Assembly: GCA_963828465.1 (NCBI GenBank)
Contig: CAWHEU010000018.1
Coordinates: 32,001 to 96,000, forward strand
DNA: 64,000 nt
Reading direction: 5' to 3'
From: an uncultured Acidobacteriota bacterium
Lineage (GTDB): Bacteria > Actinomycetota > Acidimicrobiia > Spongiisociales > ZC4RG35
A program made the translations under genes and the position numbers. The notes below the pieces were generated by a model. The model had not been told where the DNA came from and did not search any database. It saw only the letters and a program-made list of their open reading frames with translations. The first letter of the stretch is position 1; every line of letters starts with the position of its first letter. Shown here in pieces: positions 1 through 9,446 of the stretch.

Positions 1-317
1 CCGATCTCGAAATCACCGGGCAGCACTGACCCGGGTCGGGCCACAGCCACGTAGGCGCCGCCGGAGAAGTTCCAGGCACCGCAGATGATCTGCTCGGCGC
101 CTGACCCGGTGTCCACCTGGCACACCCGCACCTTGTCGGCGGCAGGGTGCGCTGTGATCTCCTCGACCTTGCCCACGACGACATTGGTCCACCCGACGTC
201 GAGGACATCGAAGCTCTCCACTTCGTGTCCGAGCATGGTGAGGACATCCGACAGCTCAGTGGGATCAGTCGTCGGGAGCTCGATGAATTCCTGGAGCCAG
301 CGAAGAGGGACCTTCAT
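1..317 (-). CDS. pheT: phenylalanine--tRNA ligase beta subunit (5' part, runs off window)
   Basis: Manual translation from ATG at 317 (ATGA overlap with pheS stop): MKVPLRWLQEFIELP...VVVGKVEEITAHPAADKVRVCQVDTG...QIICGAWNF; not in the ORF track. Confidence 0.95.
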   Translation of the reverse strand, partial: MKVPLRWLQEFIELPTTDPTELSDVLTMLGHEVESFDVLDVGWTNVVVGKVEEITAHPAADKVRVCQVDTGSGAEQIICGAWNFSGGAYVAVARPGSVLPGDFEI

Positions 318-1363
318 CGGAACTGGCTCAGGAAACGGAGGTCGTTGTCAACAAAGTGACGGATGTCGTTGATGCCGTGGCGAACCATGGCCATACGCTC
401 GACCCCCATTCCGAAGGCGAACCCGGAGAACTGGGACGGGTCGTAGCCGACGGCGAGCAGGACGTTGGGATCGACCATGCCGCAGCCCAGCATCTCCAGC
501 CAACCTGCTCCGCCACAGACCCGGCACCCGGGCTCGCCACCGTCGCAGGCGAAGCAGGAGACGGAGAGGTCTGCGGAGGGCTCTGTGAACGGGAAGAAAT
601 CGGGCCGGAGCCTCACCGAGGTGCTCGGGCCGAAGAACTCCCTGGAGAAATGGGCCAAGGTCCCCTTAAGGTCAGAGAACTGGATCGATTCATCGACGGC
701 CAACCCTTCGATCTGATGAAAGACCGGGAGATGGGTGGCATCGGTCGTCTCCTGGCGATAGACCTTCCCTGGCACCACGACATAGACCGGTGGCTCGTGA
801 GTCTCCATCCACCGTGCCTGGACCGGGGAGGTCTGGGTCCTGAGTAGGACCTCGTCGGCCGGGTCCCCGTAGTCGAGGTAGAGGGTGTCCGACTCGAGGC
901 GGGCAGGATGGGTCGGCGGCGTGTTGAGGGCGTCGAAGTTGTACCACCCGAGCTCCGCTTCAGGCCCGTCCGCCACCACGTAGCCGAGGCCGTTGAAGAT
1001 GTCCACGATCTCGTCGATGGTCTGCTGGAGCAGATGCTGCGATCCCTGCGGGAACGAGTGGCTGGCCAGCGTGACATCGATTCGATCCTCGGTGAGCCTC
1101 CTCGCCTCGTCCTCGATCTCGAGCTCGAGCCTCCTTGCGGAAAGGAACGCCTGGATACTCCTGGTGACTTCGTTCAACTTCTCTCCGACCAGGGGCCTAT
1201 CGGCCGGGTCCAAGGAACCCATCGATCTCCTCACGTCGCCCAGAGAAGAGCTCTTGCCCAGGAGGTCGCTCTCGACGCGGTCCAGCTCCTCGAGGGTCGC
1301 TGCGCCGCCTATCGCAGTCGGAGCCTCGGCCAGCACACTGTCGAGCACCGATCCGGCATCCAT
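314..1363 (-). CDS. pheS: phenylalanine--tRNA ligase alpha subunit
   Basis: Motifs LLRTQTSPVQ, DATHLPVFHQIEG, FPFTEPS, GFAFGMGVERMAM. Confidence 0.98.
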   Translation of the reverse strand: MDAGSVLDSVLAEAPTAIGGAATLEELDRVESDLLGKSSSLGDVRRSMGSLDPADRPLVGEKLNEVTRSIQAFLSARRLELEIEDEARRLTEDRIDVTLASHSFPQGSQHLLQQTIDEIVDIFNGLGYVVADGPEAELGWYNFDALNTPPTHPARLESDTLYLDYGDPADEVLLRTQTSPVQARWMETHEPPVYVVVPGKVYRQETTDATHLPVFHQIEGLAVDESIQFSDLKGTLAHFSREFFGPSTSVRLRPDFFPFTEPSADLSVSCFACDGGEPGCRVCGGAGWLEMLGCGMVDPNVLLAVGYDPSQFSGFAFGMGVERMAMVRHGINDIRHFVDNDLRFLSQFR

Positions 1364-1375
1364 GTCGGCGGCAGG

Positions 1376-2158
1376 TTAGAAGGCTCGCTTGCGCTCGCCG
1401 TACTCGGTACCCGGTATCTGTTGTCGGGATAGCTCGTACATCACAATTCCGGCGGCCATGGCAGCGTTCAGGCTCTCCATTCCGCCGGGCATCGGGATGG
1501 TGACCTTGTGGGCGGACTGCTCGACCACGTCAGGCGGGAGACCCGGCGCTTCCTCGCCGACCAGTAGCGCATAGCGCCCGGTGGCCAGGTCGGCAGGTCT
1601 CGGCCCTCCACTGACCACCGTGGCGACGGTGGCCAAGCCCATGTCTTCCAGGGTCTGGAGCGACTCGACCGGCGTGATATTGAGACGAAAATGCCCTCCG
1701 GCTCCTGCCCTCAGGACCTTGGGCGCCCACGGATCGGCCGTGCCTTCGGTGTAACCGAAGTCCCAGTCAAAGGCAGCCGCGGTCCGGATCATGGTCCCGA
1801 CGTTCCCGGGGTCGCTCAGTCCCCATGCCACGATCATGTTTCGACCGGTTGGCGGGGCGGACGGAGGGATCGGAATGATCGCCGCCGGCCCTCTCGGCGT
1901 CCTGGTGCCGGTGACCCGGCCCAAGGCGGCTGATTCCACCAGGATCAGCTCGAAGCCATGGTCCGTGGCCAGCCTCGAACTGACCGCGTCGTCGGGGAGG
2001 GCGAACACCACGTCGGGTGCGACACCGGCAGCCAGCGCTTCGGCCAGGAGGCTTGGGCCTTCGAGAATGGTCCTCCCGGTGGCCCGTCGGTCCCGAGCGC
2101 GATGAAGCCGGGCCGCTTCCACCACGCGTGGGTTGCGATGGCTGCGGACCGGCTCCAC
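1376..2158 (-). CDS. TrmH/SpoU family RNA methyltransferase
   Basis: DPGNVGTMIRTA, GEEAPGL, IPMPGGMESLNAAMA SPOUT motifs; usual position between rplT and pheS. Confidence 0.92.
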   Translation of the reverse strand: MEPVRSHRNPRVVEAARLHRARDRRATGRTILEGPSLLAEALAAGVAPDVVFALPDDAVSSRLATDHGFELILVESAALGRVTGTRTPRGPAAIIPIPPSAPPTGRNMIVAWGLSDPGNVGTMIRTAAAFDWDFGYTEGTADPWAPKVLRAGAGGHFRLNITPVESLQTLEDMGLATVATVVSGGPRPADLATGRYALLVGEEAPGLPPDVVEQSAHKVTIPMPGGMESLNAAMAAGIVMYELSRQQIPGTEYGERKRAF

Positions 2159-2176
2159 TGGCAGGGGACGTTGAGG

Positions 2177-2527
2177 TCAGCCCTTGCGGGAAGCCTCTAC
2201 CAATTGTGAGAAGGCGCTCGGGTCATTGACAGCCATCTCGGCCAGCATCTTGCGATCGACCTCGATCTCGGCGGCTTTCAGCCCGGCGATCAACTGCGAA
2301 TACGTGGTGCCGTTCTGCCGGGCCGCGGCGTTGATCCGGGCGATCCAGAGACGCCGGAACTCACCCTTGCGGGCACGCCGATCGCGATAGGCGTCCTGCA
2401 TCGCATGCATGACCTGCTCGTTTGCAGTCTTGTACCGGCGGCTACGTGCGCCTTTGTATCCCTTGGCCCGATCGAGGACCTTCTTGTGTGACTTCTTGGC
2501 GTGGACCGCCCGTTTCACACGTGCCAT
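2177..2527 (-). CDS. rplT: 50S ribosomal protein L20
   Basis: MARVKRAV...[10 protein letters not shown]...[12 protein letters not shown]. Confidence 0.99.
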   Translation of the reverse strand: MARVKRAVHAKKSHKKVLDRAKGYKGARSRRYKTANEQVMHAMQDAYRDRRARKGEFRRLWIARINAAARQNGTTYSQLIAGLKAAEIEVDRKMLAEMAVNDPSAFSQLVEASRKG

Positions 2528-2546
2528 GGCTGAACCTCCTGAGTCC

Positions 2547-2741
2547 TCAGCGACCGAGCATCTTCTTGGCGACCTTGGCGTCGCCGGGGGCGAGCTCCAC
2601 CTCGCCGGTGCGACGGCGATAGGTGCCCTTGCCCTTGGCCAGACGCAGGTGACCGCGACCTGACTGGCCTCTCATGTATTTGCCAGAACCTGTGACCTTG
2701 ATCCGCTTCTTGGCGCCGCTGTGTGTCTTCATCTTCGGCAC
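2547..2741 (-). CDS. rpmI: 50S ribosomal protein L35
   Basis: [21 protein letters not shown]. Confidence 0.99.
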   Translation of the reverse strand: MPKMKTHSGAKKRIKVTGSGKYMRGQSGRGHLRLAKGKGTYRRRTGEVELAPGDAKVAKKMLGR

Positions 2742-2759
2742 GGCTACCTCCTGTTCGTC

Positions 2760-3305
2760 CTACTGCTCGTCTTCGGCCGTCTCAACGGACGCCTTCGTCT
2801 TCCGGGAGGGAGCAAGCACCATGGTCATGCTCCGACCTTCGAGTTTGGCGGTCTGCTCCGTGACCGCGACATCCGTCAATTCCTCCGCCAGCTTGTCGAG
2901 CAACTCTTTGCCGAACGCGGGACGCTCCTGCTCCCGTCCGCGGAAGCGGACCGTGACCTTGACCTTGTCCCCTTCCTCGAGGAATTCCTGGGCCTTTCGA
3001 CGGGTGATGTCGAAGTCGTGGTCCCCGATCCGCACCTTCATTCGAAGTTCCTTGATGGTGGTCCGGGTCTGCTTCTTCCGTGCCTCGCGCGCCTTGACCG
3101 ACTGCTCGTACTTGTACTTGCCGTAGTCCATCAGCCGGCAAACCGGCGGCTTGGCATTGGGTGCCACCTCCACGAGATCTAGATCTAGCTGCTCTGCCAG
3201 CCACATGGCCTCGTTCAGCTTCTTGATCCCGATCTGTTCCCCATCGGGGGCGATGACCAAGACTTCCTTGGCCCTTATGGCGCCATTCACACGGAGCTCG
3301 TTGAT
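2760..3305 (-). CDS. infC: translation initiation factor IF-3 (ATC start)
   Basis: INELRVNGAIRAKEV...LDLVEVAPNAKPPVCRLMDYGKYKYE; SD AGGAGGT (3312-3318) lies 6 nt before an in-frame ATC at 3305-3303. Confidence 0.96.
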   Translation of the reverse strand: MNELRVNGAIRAKEVLVIAPDGEQIGIKKLNEAMWLAEQLDLDLVEVAPNAKPPVCRLMDYGKYKYEQSVKAREARKKQTRTTIKELRMKVRIGDHDFDITRRKAQEFLEEGDKVKVTVRFRGREQERPAFGKELLDKLAEELTDVAVTEQTAKLEGRSMTMVLAPSRKTKASVETAEDEQ

Positions 3306-3338
3306 GCTCTTACCTCCTGCTGGTGTTCGATTGCTCGG

Positions 3339-3372
3339 AAAGAAAAAGGCAACAGGCGAAAGACCTGCTGCC
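3339..3372 (-). terminator. intrinsic terminator/attenuator in the infC leader
   Basis: Minus strand GGCAGCAGG-TCTTTCG-CCTGTTGCC followed by TTTTTCTTT. Confidence 0.8.
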
Positions 3373-3521
3373 ATGACCTCGAACCGGTCCCCGATTGAGG
3401 CGATCGGTCTGGTGATCGGACCACGGCTCGCCTTTGCTGAGATCTACCTGGATCCCGCCGGCGGCCGGGTGGGGAAGCAGCGCTTCCGCTCTTGCCATCG
3501 GTTGTCCCAACGAGGTTACCA
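3339..3521 (-). promoter_or_regulatory. infC-rpmI-rplT 5' leader (putative L20 leader) with extended -10 TGgTAACCT at 3513-3521
   Basis: About 200 nt non-coding leader containing GCGGAAGCGCTGCTTCCCCACCCGG (resembles the L20-leader 5' motif) and a terminator before the SD. Confidence 0.65.
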
Positions 3522-3550
3522 GTGCAGTGTCCGGAATCGGTAGTCGCAAC

Positions 3551-4012
3551 TCAGGTTGCATCGAGCCCCCGCAGCGCCACCGCTGTCGATACCGCAGCCT
3601 CCGCCGCCTCATACCCCTTGTTCGACGGTCCCTCGGTCGCCCGCTCCACTGCGTGAGCGAACTCGTTCACGGCGAGGATTGCATTGGTCACCGGGATACC
3701 GGTGTCGAGGGCGACCCGGGCGATCCCGGCGGTCGACTCCCGGACCACGATCTCGTAGTGGTCGGTATCGCCCCGAACGATGGTGCCGATGGCCACCACG
3801 GCATCACAACCAGCGTCGGCGAGACCGAGTGCGGCAATGGGCAGCTCCAGCGCCCCGGGAACCCTGACCACGGTCACCTCGGCGCCGAGCGCCTCGAGGC
3901 GGGTCACCGCTCCATCGAGGAGGCGGTCCGTCACAGATCGGTTCCAGGTGGCAACGGCTACGCCCACGTGCAGGCCGGTCCCGTCCAGGTCTCCTTCGAT
4001 GCTTCGGATCAT
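3551..4012 (-). CDS. ribH: 6,7-dimethyl-8-ribityllumazine synthase
   Basis: [27 protein letters not shown]. Confidence 0.96.
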   Translation of the reverse strand: MIRSIEGDLDGTGLHVGVAVATWNRSVTDRLLDGAVTRLEALGAEVTVVRVPGALELPIAALGLADAGCDAVVAIGTIVRGDTDHYEIVVRESTAGIARVALDTGIPVTNAILAVNEFAHAVERATEGPSNKGYEAAEAAVSTAVALRGLDAT

Positions 4013-5223
4013 GCCCCCTGGCCCAGGTCCATTTGATGTCCCAGGCGGGTGGCCTTTGCCCGCAAATAGTCCCGGTTCTCGTCGTTGGCGTCGACGAACA
4101 GGGGGACCTGCTCGAGGATCGAAAGCCCGTAGCCTTCGATCCCGGCTCGTTTGGTGGGGTTGTTCGTCATGATCCGCATCGAGCGCACCCCGAGGTCGTA
4201 CAGGATTTGGGCACCGACCCCGTAGTCCCGGGCATCGACGGGCAGCCCCAGATTCACGTTGGCATCCACGGTGTCGTACCCCTCGTCCTGGAGCTTGTAT
4301 GCCGCCAGCTTGTGAAGCAATCCGATGCCCCGGCCTTCATGGCCCCGGATGTAGAGGACGACACCGCGCCCCTCCCCGGCAACCCTCGCCATCGCCTGGT
4401 CCAGCTGGTCACCACAGTCACATCGCAGGCTGCCGAACACATCGCCGGTCAGGCACTCGGAATGGACCCTGGTGAGAACCGATTCCCCGTCGCCCAGGTC
4501 ACCAATGACGAGGGCTATGTGCTGACGGTCGTCAACGAGCGAGCGATAGCCGACAGCGGTGAAGGTGCCGTGATCAGTGGGAATACGGGCCTCGACGACA
4601 CGTTCGACGAGCTTCTCCTCACGACGCCGAAAGGCGATGAGATCAGCGATCGTCCCGATGAGCAAGCCATGTTCATCGGCAAACCGCTCCAACTCGGGGA
4701 GCCGTGCGACCGACCCATCATCGTTCATGACCTCGGCAAGCACGCCGGCCGGGTAATGCCCCGACAACCGGGCCAGGTCGACGGCGGCCTCGGTGTGCCC
4801 CGCCCTCTTCAGAACACCACCTGGCTCGTAGCGCAGCGGGTACATGTGTCCGGGGCGAGCGAGATCATGGGGCTTTGTCTCGGGGTCGACCACAGCTCTG
4901 ATCGTCTTCCAGCGATCGGAGGCCGAGATGCCGGTAGTGGTCCCCTCCCTGGCATCGATGGAGACCGTGAAGGCGGTGCGCCGCACGTCCGTGTTGCGGG
5001 CGACCATCATCGGCAGGTCGAGCTCGTCGAGTCTCTCACCGACGACCGGCAGGCAGATGATCCCGCTCGTGTGCCGCAGCATGAAACCCACCTGCTCAGG
5101 GGTGGCGGTCTCGGCGGCGAGAATCAAGTCGCCCTCGTTCTCGCGATCTTCGTCGTCGACCATGATCACCATCTCGCCGTTTCCGACGGCCGAGATGACG
5201 TCTTCGATGGCGGCAAAGGTCAT
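4009..5223 (-). CDS. ribBA: bifunctional DHBP synthase / GTP cyclohydrolase II
   Basis: [44 protein letters not shown]. Confidence 0.98.
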   Translation of the reverse strand: MTFAAIEDVISAVGNGEMVIMVDDEDRENEGDLILAAETATPEQVGFMLRHTSGIICLPVVGERLDELDLPMMVARNTDVRRTAFTVSIDAREGTTTGISASDRWKTIRAVVDPETKPHDLARPGHMYPLRYEPGGVLKRAGHTEAAVDLARLSGHYPAGVLAEVMNDDGSVARLPELERFADEHGLLIGTIADLIAFRRREEKLVERVVEARIPTDHGTFTAVGYRSLVDDRQHIALVIGDLGDGESVLTRVHSECLTGDVFGSLRCDCGDQLDQAMARVAGEGRGVVLYIRGHEGRGIGLLHKLAAYKLQDEGYDTVDANVNLGLPVDARDYGVGAQILYDLGVRSMRIMTNNPTKRAGIEGYGLSILEQVPLFVDANDENRDYLRAKATRLGHQMDLGQGA

Positions 5224-5810
5224 GATCCGGCTTTCAGCAGCTTTTCGACATACTTCGCGACCAAATCGACCTCAAGGTTGACCTTCTCCCCCACTGCACG
5301 CAAACCCAGTGTGGTCACCTGGAGCGAATGGGGAATCAGGGCGATCTCGACTTCGTGTCCTTTCACTGCGGCCACGGTGAGGCTGACTCCATCGACGGTG
5401 ATCGATCCTTTCTCGATCACATAGCGGCTCAAGGCGTCGGGAATCCGGAGGCGCAACCGCCGGCCCGATCCTTCGGGCACGATGGCTGTGATCACCGCCA
5501 CGCCGTCGACATGACCCTGCACGATGTGCCCGTCGAACCTCCCGTCCGCCGCCATCGGGCGCTCGAGATTGACCGGGTCGCCCGGTTGCAGCTCGGCGAG
5601 GGTCGAGCGGCTCAGGGTCTCCTTGACGACGTCGACTGCAACGTGCCCCGGTCCAGTCTCCACGCCGGTGAGGCACACACCATTGACCGAGATCGAACCA
5701 CCCAGTTCGATCTTCGGAAGGGTCCCGGTGTCCAGCACGAGTCGCATTCCTCCGTTGGCGTTCTCCACGGAGACGACTGACCCCCGCTGCTCGACTATCC
5801 CGGTGAACAT
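5220..5810 (-). CDS. ribE: riboflavin synthase alpha chain
   Basis: MFTGIVE N-terminus, [32 protein letters not shown]. Confidence 0.97.
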   Translation of the reverse strand: MFTGIVEQRGSVVSVENANGGMRLVLDTGTLPKIELGGSISVNGVCLTGVETGPGHVAVDVVKETLSRSTLAELQPGDPVNLERPMAADGRFDGHIVQGHVDGVAVITAIVPEGSGRRLRLRIPDALSRYVIEKGSITVDGVSLTVAAVKGHEVEIALIPHSLQVTTLGLRAVGEKVNLEVDLVAKYVEKLLKAGS

Positions 5811-6896
5811 CTAGGAGGCCCCCCTCCCCGCCTGCGGCGGTACTCCCCCCTCCAGGGGGAGAAATTCGATTCTGATATCAGGACCAACCATCCGAACGTC
5901 GTTGATATTCACTGCGCTTGATTGTGCCATGGTCGCGAAATCTCCCTCTATCGGAGCCATGCCACGCCCACCGGCCATTCGTGGCCCAACATAGATCACG
6001 CCCCTGCTCACCACCCCGGCCCTCCACCATGCCCCCGTCAACTGAGGGCCGCCTTCCAGGAGGAGGTCGAGCAGCCCTCGGTCGGCCAACGCCTGCGCCG
6101 ACTTCACAGGATCGGGCCACTCATCATCGCCGCCGACCACCACGACCTCGCCTGACGGGACGCCCAGCGGTCGCGCGCTGATCACGAGAGGTGATCTCTC
6201 CCAGATCCTCCTGTCGATGGGGAGGGACTGGCGTCCGGCCACCACGACCGGTACAGGCTGTTTCTCGACGCCTTCGACGCGGGCGGTGAGCAATGGATCG
6301 TCGGCGCGGAAGGTCCCTGCGCCGACGACGACGGCATCCATGGTCGCCCGGAGGCGGTGCGCATCTTGTCTCGCCTCTTCGGACGTGATCCATTGCGACG
6401 ACCCGTCGGTTGCGGCAACGGAGCCGTCCAGGGTCATGGCCACTTTCAAGGTGACCAGGGGCAGCCCTGTGCGCCGGTGGTGGAAGTAGGCAGGGTCGAC
6501 AGACTCCGCTTCTGGTGCCAACACCCCGGTCTCCACCTCGATACCAGCCTCTTTCAGCCAGGCCACCCCGGCTCCCGACACACGTTGGTCCGGGTCGATC
6601 GCCCCAATCACTACCTTGCGAACCCCGGCTTCCGCCACGGCTCCTGCGCAGGGCGGCGTCTCGCCTTGATGGCTGCACGGCTCGAGCGTCACAAAGAGCG
6701 TGGATCCCCGCGCCTGGTCCCGGGCTTCAGCGAGGGCGACCACCTCTGCGTGGGGCTGGCCGACCCCGTGATGTGCCCCCTCACCCACCACCTGGCCGGA
6801 TTCGTCCACAATGACGGCGCCAACCCTCGGGTTGGGATGAGTTCTGTGCGGTGCGGCGAGCTCGATTGCTCGTCGCATGTGGCGGGCATCGCCCAC
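5811..6896 (-). CDS. ribD: bifunctional diaminohydroxyphosphoribosylaminopyrimidine deaminase/reductase
   Basis: HPNPRVGAV, HAEVVAL, TLEPCSH...TPPC, TLDG, EGG. Confidence 0.97.
   Translation of the reverse strand: MGDARHMRRAIELAAPHRTHPNPRVGAVIVDESGQVVGEGAHHGVGQPHAEVVALAEARDQARGSTLFVTLEPCSHQGETPPCAGAVAEAGVRKVVIGAIDPDQRVSGAGVAWLKEAGIEVETGVLAPEAESVDPAYFHHRRTGLPLVTLKVAMTLDGSVAATDGSSQWITSEEARQDAHRLRATMDAVVVGAGTFRADDPLLTARVEGVEKQPVPVVVAGRQSLPIDRRIWERSPLVISARPLGVPSGEVVVVGGDDEWPDPVKSAQALADRGLLDLLLEGGPQLTGAWWRAGVVSRGVIYVGPRMAGGRGMAPIEGDFATMAQSSAVNINDVRMVGPDIRIEFLPLEGGVPPQAGRGAS
5820..5864. repeat. REP-like double-hairpin palindromic element inside the ribD 3' end
   Basis: CCCCCTCCCCGCCTGCGGCGGTACTCCCCCCTCCAGGGGGAGAAA: stems CCGCC/GGCGG (3-nt loop) and CTCCCCC/GGGGGAG. 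Confidence 0.65.
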
Positions 6897-6910
6897 TCAG
6901 CGGCCCGCCA

Positions 6911-7840
6911 CTAAGTAGCGCGTCGATCGATGCGGTAGGTGGAGCCCTGCTGCTTCTTGGCGAATTCCTTCATTTCCACCGCAATCGCCGACGCCTCCCA
7001 CTGTGTGGAGATCTCGCGCACGTCGGTGGACGCTACACCCAGGGAGAGGGATACCACAGGGAAGGCGAACCGCTCCCCGCGCCGGTCGATGACCTCGATG
7101 TAGCCGCGGAGGGCATCGGCGGTGTCATAGAGGTCGAGGATCCCGTCGTCGAAACGCTCGATGACCTCCTTGCAGAAGGACTCCGACACCTCGGGTGGGA
7201 TGATTGCCACGAAATCGTCGCCACCGATGTGACCGACGAAGGCGTTGGCGATGCCCAGGCTGTCGGAGGCGTCGTTGAAGCACTTGGCACAGAAACGGAT
7301 CACCTCGTCGCCGCGCATGAACCCGTAGTGGTCGTTGAACGCCTTGAAGTTGTCGAGGTCGCCGTGAACGAGAGCAAAGTCCCTCCCGGAGGAGATCCTC
7401 TCCTCGACCTCTCCGGTGATCTTGAAGTTCCCGGGTAGACCTGTGAGTGGCGACAGATCGCGGGCCGCCTGCGTTCTGCGTACCACTGCCCGGACTCGAG
7501 CGACGAGCTCGTTGATGTCGAACGGCTTGGTGATGTAGTCGTCGGCGCCCAACTCGAGGCCGCGCACACGATCTTCGGGGAGGCCGCGGGCCGTGAGGAG
7601 GATGATTGGGATGTTCCCCGTCGAAGCCTGGCTGCGCAGCCGGTGCAGGGCGGTGAGCCCGTCCATACGGGGCATCATGATGTCGAGGACGATCACATGT
7701 GGGGGGTTGGCGGTCGCCTTCTGCAGGGCATCTTCGCCATCGACAGCGGTCTCTACCTCGAAGCCTTCCAGCTCGAAGTTGACCTGGACCACGGCGAGTA
7801 TGTCCGGATCGTCGTCCGCGATGAGGACTCGTTCACTCAT
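6911..7840 (-). CDS. response regulator with REC + GGDEF (GGDDF) diguanylate cyclase domain
   Basis: REC: LIADDD, LDIMMPRMDG, LTA, GADDYITKPF; output: PLTGLPGN, DLDNFKAFNDHYG, HIGGDDF, SLSLG. Confidence 0.93.
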   Translation of the reverse strand: MSERVLIADDDPDILAVVQVNFELEGFEVETAVDGEDALQKATANPPHVIVLDIMMPRMDGLTALHRLRSQASTGNIPIILLTARGLPEDRVRGLELGADDYITKPFDINELVARVRAVVRRTQAARDLSPLTGLPGNFKITGEVEERISSGRDFALVHGDLDNFKAFNDHYGFMRGDEVIRFCAKCFNDASDSLGIANAFVGHIGGDDFVAIIPPEVSESFCKEVIERFDDGILDLYDTADALRGYIEVIDRRGERFAFPVVSLSLGVASTDVREISTQWEASAIAVEMKEFAKKQQGSTYRIDRRAT

Positions 7841-8499
7841 TTACCTTGTAATGCCCTTCTCATCTCGGCAGCAGCCGTCGGCGGATCATCCGCCCCGAAA
7901 ATGGTCGTCCCGGCCACGAGCACATTTGCCCCTGCCGAAACAGCCTGACGAGCGGTCTCGAGTGTGATTCCACCGTCGATCTGAATATCGGCGCCCAAAC
8001 CCCGCTTCTCAACCCATTCTCTCGCCTCTTCCACCTTGGTGAGCACCTCCGGCATGAAGCTCTGGCCGCCGAAGCCGGGCTCCACCGACATGAACAGGAC
8101 CACATCGGCCAACTCCATGAACGGCCGCAAGGCGGCGAAGGGTGTTGCCGGGTTGCACACCAGGCCGAAGCCCAAGCCGTTCTCACGAGCCAACTTCGCC
8201 GCGTCGGTTGGCTCAGGCATCGCCTCGATGTGCATCGTCACCGAGTCCGCCCCGGCCTCGGCCAGATCGGGTAGATAGGCATCCGGGTTGGTGGTCATCA
8301 AATGGCAGTCGAAATGAAGCTCGGTGATGGGTCGGATGCCCGCTATGACCGGGATCCCGAAGGAGATGTTGGGCACGAAATGCCCGTCCATCACGTCGAT
8401 ATGGAGCCAGTCCACCTCCGCCTCCACCGCCACGATTTGCTTCTCGAGACAGCTGAAGTCGGCTGCGAGCAGCGATGGTGCGATCTTCAATGCGGCCAT
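7837..8499 (-). CDS. rpe: ribulose-phosphate 3-epimerase
   Basis: IAPSLLAADF, HIDVMDGHFVPN, MSVEPGFGGQ, DGGI. Confidence 0.98.
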   Translation of the reverse strand: MAALKIAPSLLAADFSCLEKQIVAVEAEVDWLHIDVMDGHFVPNISFGIPVIAGIRPITELHFDCHLMTTNPDAYLPDLAEAGADSVTMHIEAMPEPTDAAKLARENGLGFGLVCNPATPFAALRPFMELADVVLFMSVEPGFGGQSFMPEVLTKVEEAREWVEKRGLGADIQIDGGITLETARQAVSAGANVLVAGTTIFGADDPPTAAAEMRRALQGK

Positions 8500-8531
8500 G
8501 GGGCGAGTCTATGTCCCGGCCGTGTGCTCGA

Positions 8532-9446
8532 TCAGGCGACGGACCCGCGGTCGCGACGACGCCCGCGCAGCCACGACTCGCCGGACATCGGGCGCTTGCC
8601 CGGTGGCAGCAGAGTCACCAGTTGCACTCCCCCATCACCGAGACCAGCCACCGGCATGCCGTCGAAATCCATCCAGCGCCCCGGTTCTGGAGCGGCCTCA
8701 TGCAGGCGCGCCTGCAGCACCTGATACGTCTCCCCGTCGATGATCAGACTGGCGCCTGGCTCCGGTGACAGACCCCGTACCCGGTTCACCTCCTCGACCC
8801 GACTCCCGTCCACCTTGATGACCCTTTCTTGGGGCTCGATCTTGGAGGCGTAGGTCAGCCCTTCATCGCTCTGTGGCACTGGCTCCAGGCCGCCATCGAG
8901 ATAGGGAGGTATCGCTCCGGTCATCAGCCGGGCACCGAGCATGGAAAGGCGGGAAGTCAAGTCTCCAGCGGTCTCCTCATCGTCGATGTCGACCGCTTGA
9001 GCGGTGAGGACCGGTCCGGTGTCCAGACCCTCGTCGAGACGGAAGATGGTGACGCCCGTCATCGGATCTCCGGCCATCAGGGCCCGGCTCACTGGAGCCG
9101 CGCCCCTCCAGCGGGGAAGAAGGGAGAAATGCAGGTTCAACATCCCGGCGGCAGGAACTGCGAGCGCATCAGATTTGAGGATGCGGCCGTAAGCAACCAC
9201 GACAGCCACGTCCAGGTTTCCCGCCGATTCGAGCGATTCCCTCACCTCACCGGCCGAGCTCGGTTGGACTACAGGCAAGCCGAGGCGGTCGCCCTCGATC
9301 TTGACCGGAGGAGGAGACATGGCTCGGCCCCTGCCCTTCGGTCTATCGGGTTGGGTGACCACGACCGCGACGTCGTGGCCCGCAGCAAGCGATCTCAGGG
9401 TGGGCAGCGCCGCTTCCGGGGTCCCCAGGAAAGCGACCCGGCTCAC
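8532..9446 (-). CDS. fmt: methionyl-tRNA formyltransferase
   Basis: FLGTP, VVTQPDRPKGRG, NLHFSLLPRWRGAAPV, LDTGP. Confidence 0.98.
   Translation of the reverse strand: MSRVAFLGTPEAALPTLRSLAAGHDVAVVVTQPDRPKGRGRAMSPPPVKIEGDRLGLPVVQPSSAGEVRESLESAGNLDVAVVVAYGRILKSDALAVPAAGMLNLHFSLLPRWRGAAPVSRALMAGDPMTGVTIFRLDEGLDTGPVLTAQAVDIDDEETAGDLTSRLSMLGARLMTGAIPPYLDGGLEPVPQSDEGLTYASKIEPQERVIKVDGSRVEEVNRVRGLSPEPGASLIIDGETYQVLQARLHEAAPEPGRWMDFDGMPVAGLGDGGVQLVTLLPPGKRPMSGESWLRGRRRDRGSVA

Noticed and set aside
4033-5424. Long antisense or alternate-frame ORFs (e.g. 4033-5424, 10417-11496, 18858-20273, 25390-26496, 40214-41272, 53675-54862)
   Set aside because: They lie over clear housekeeping genes, lack motifs, and are expected at this GC content.
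6897-6910. FMN riboswitch before ribD; also a SAM riboswitch before metK and T-boxes before pheS, alaS and thrS
   Set aside because: The intergenic gaps are too short or lack the conserved motifs.
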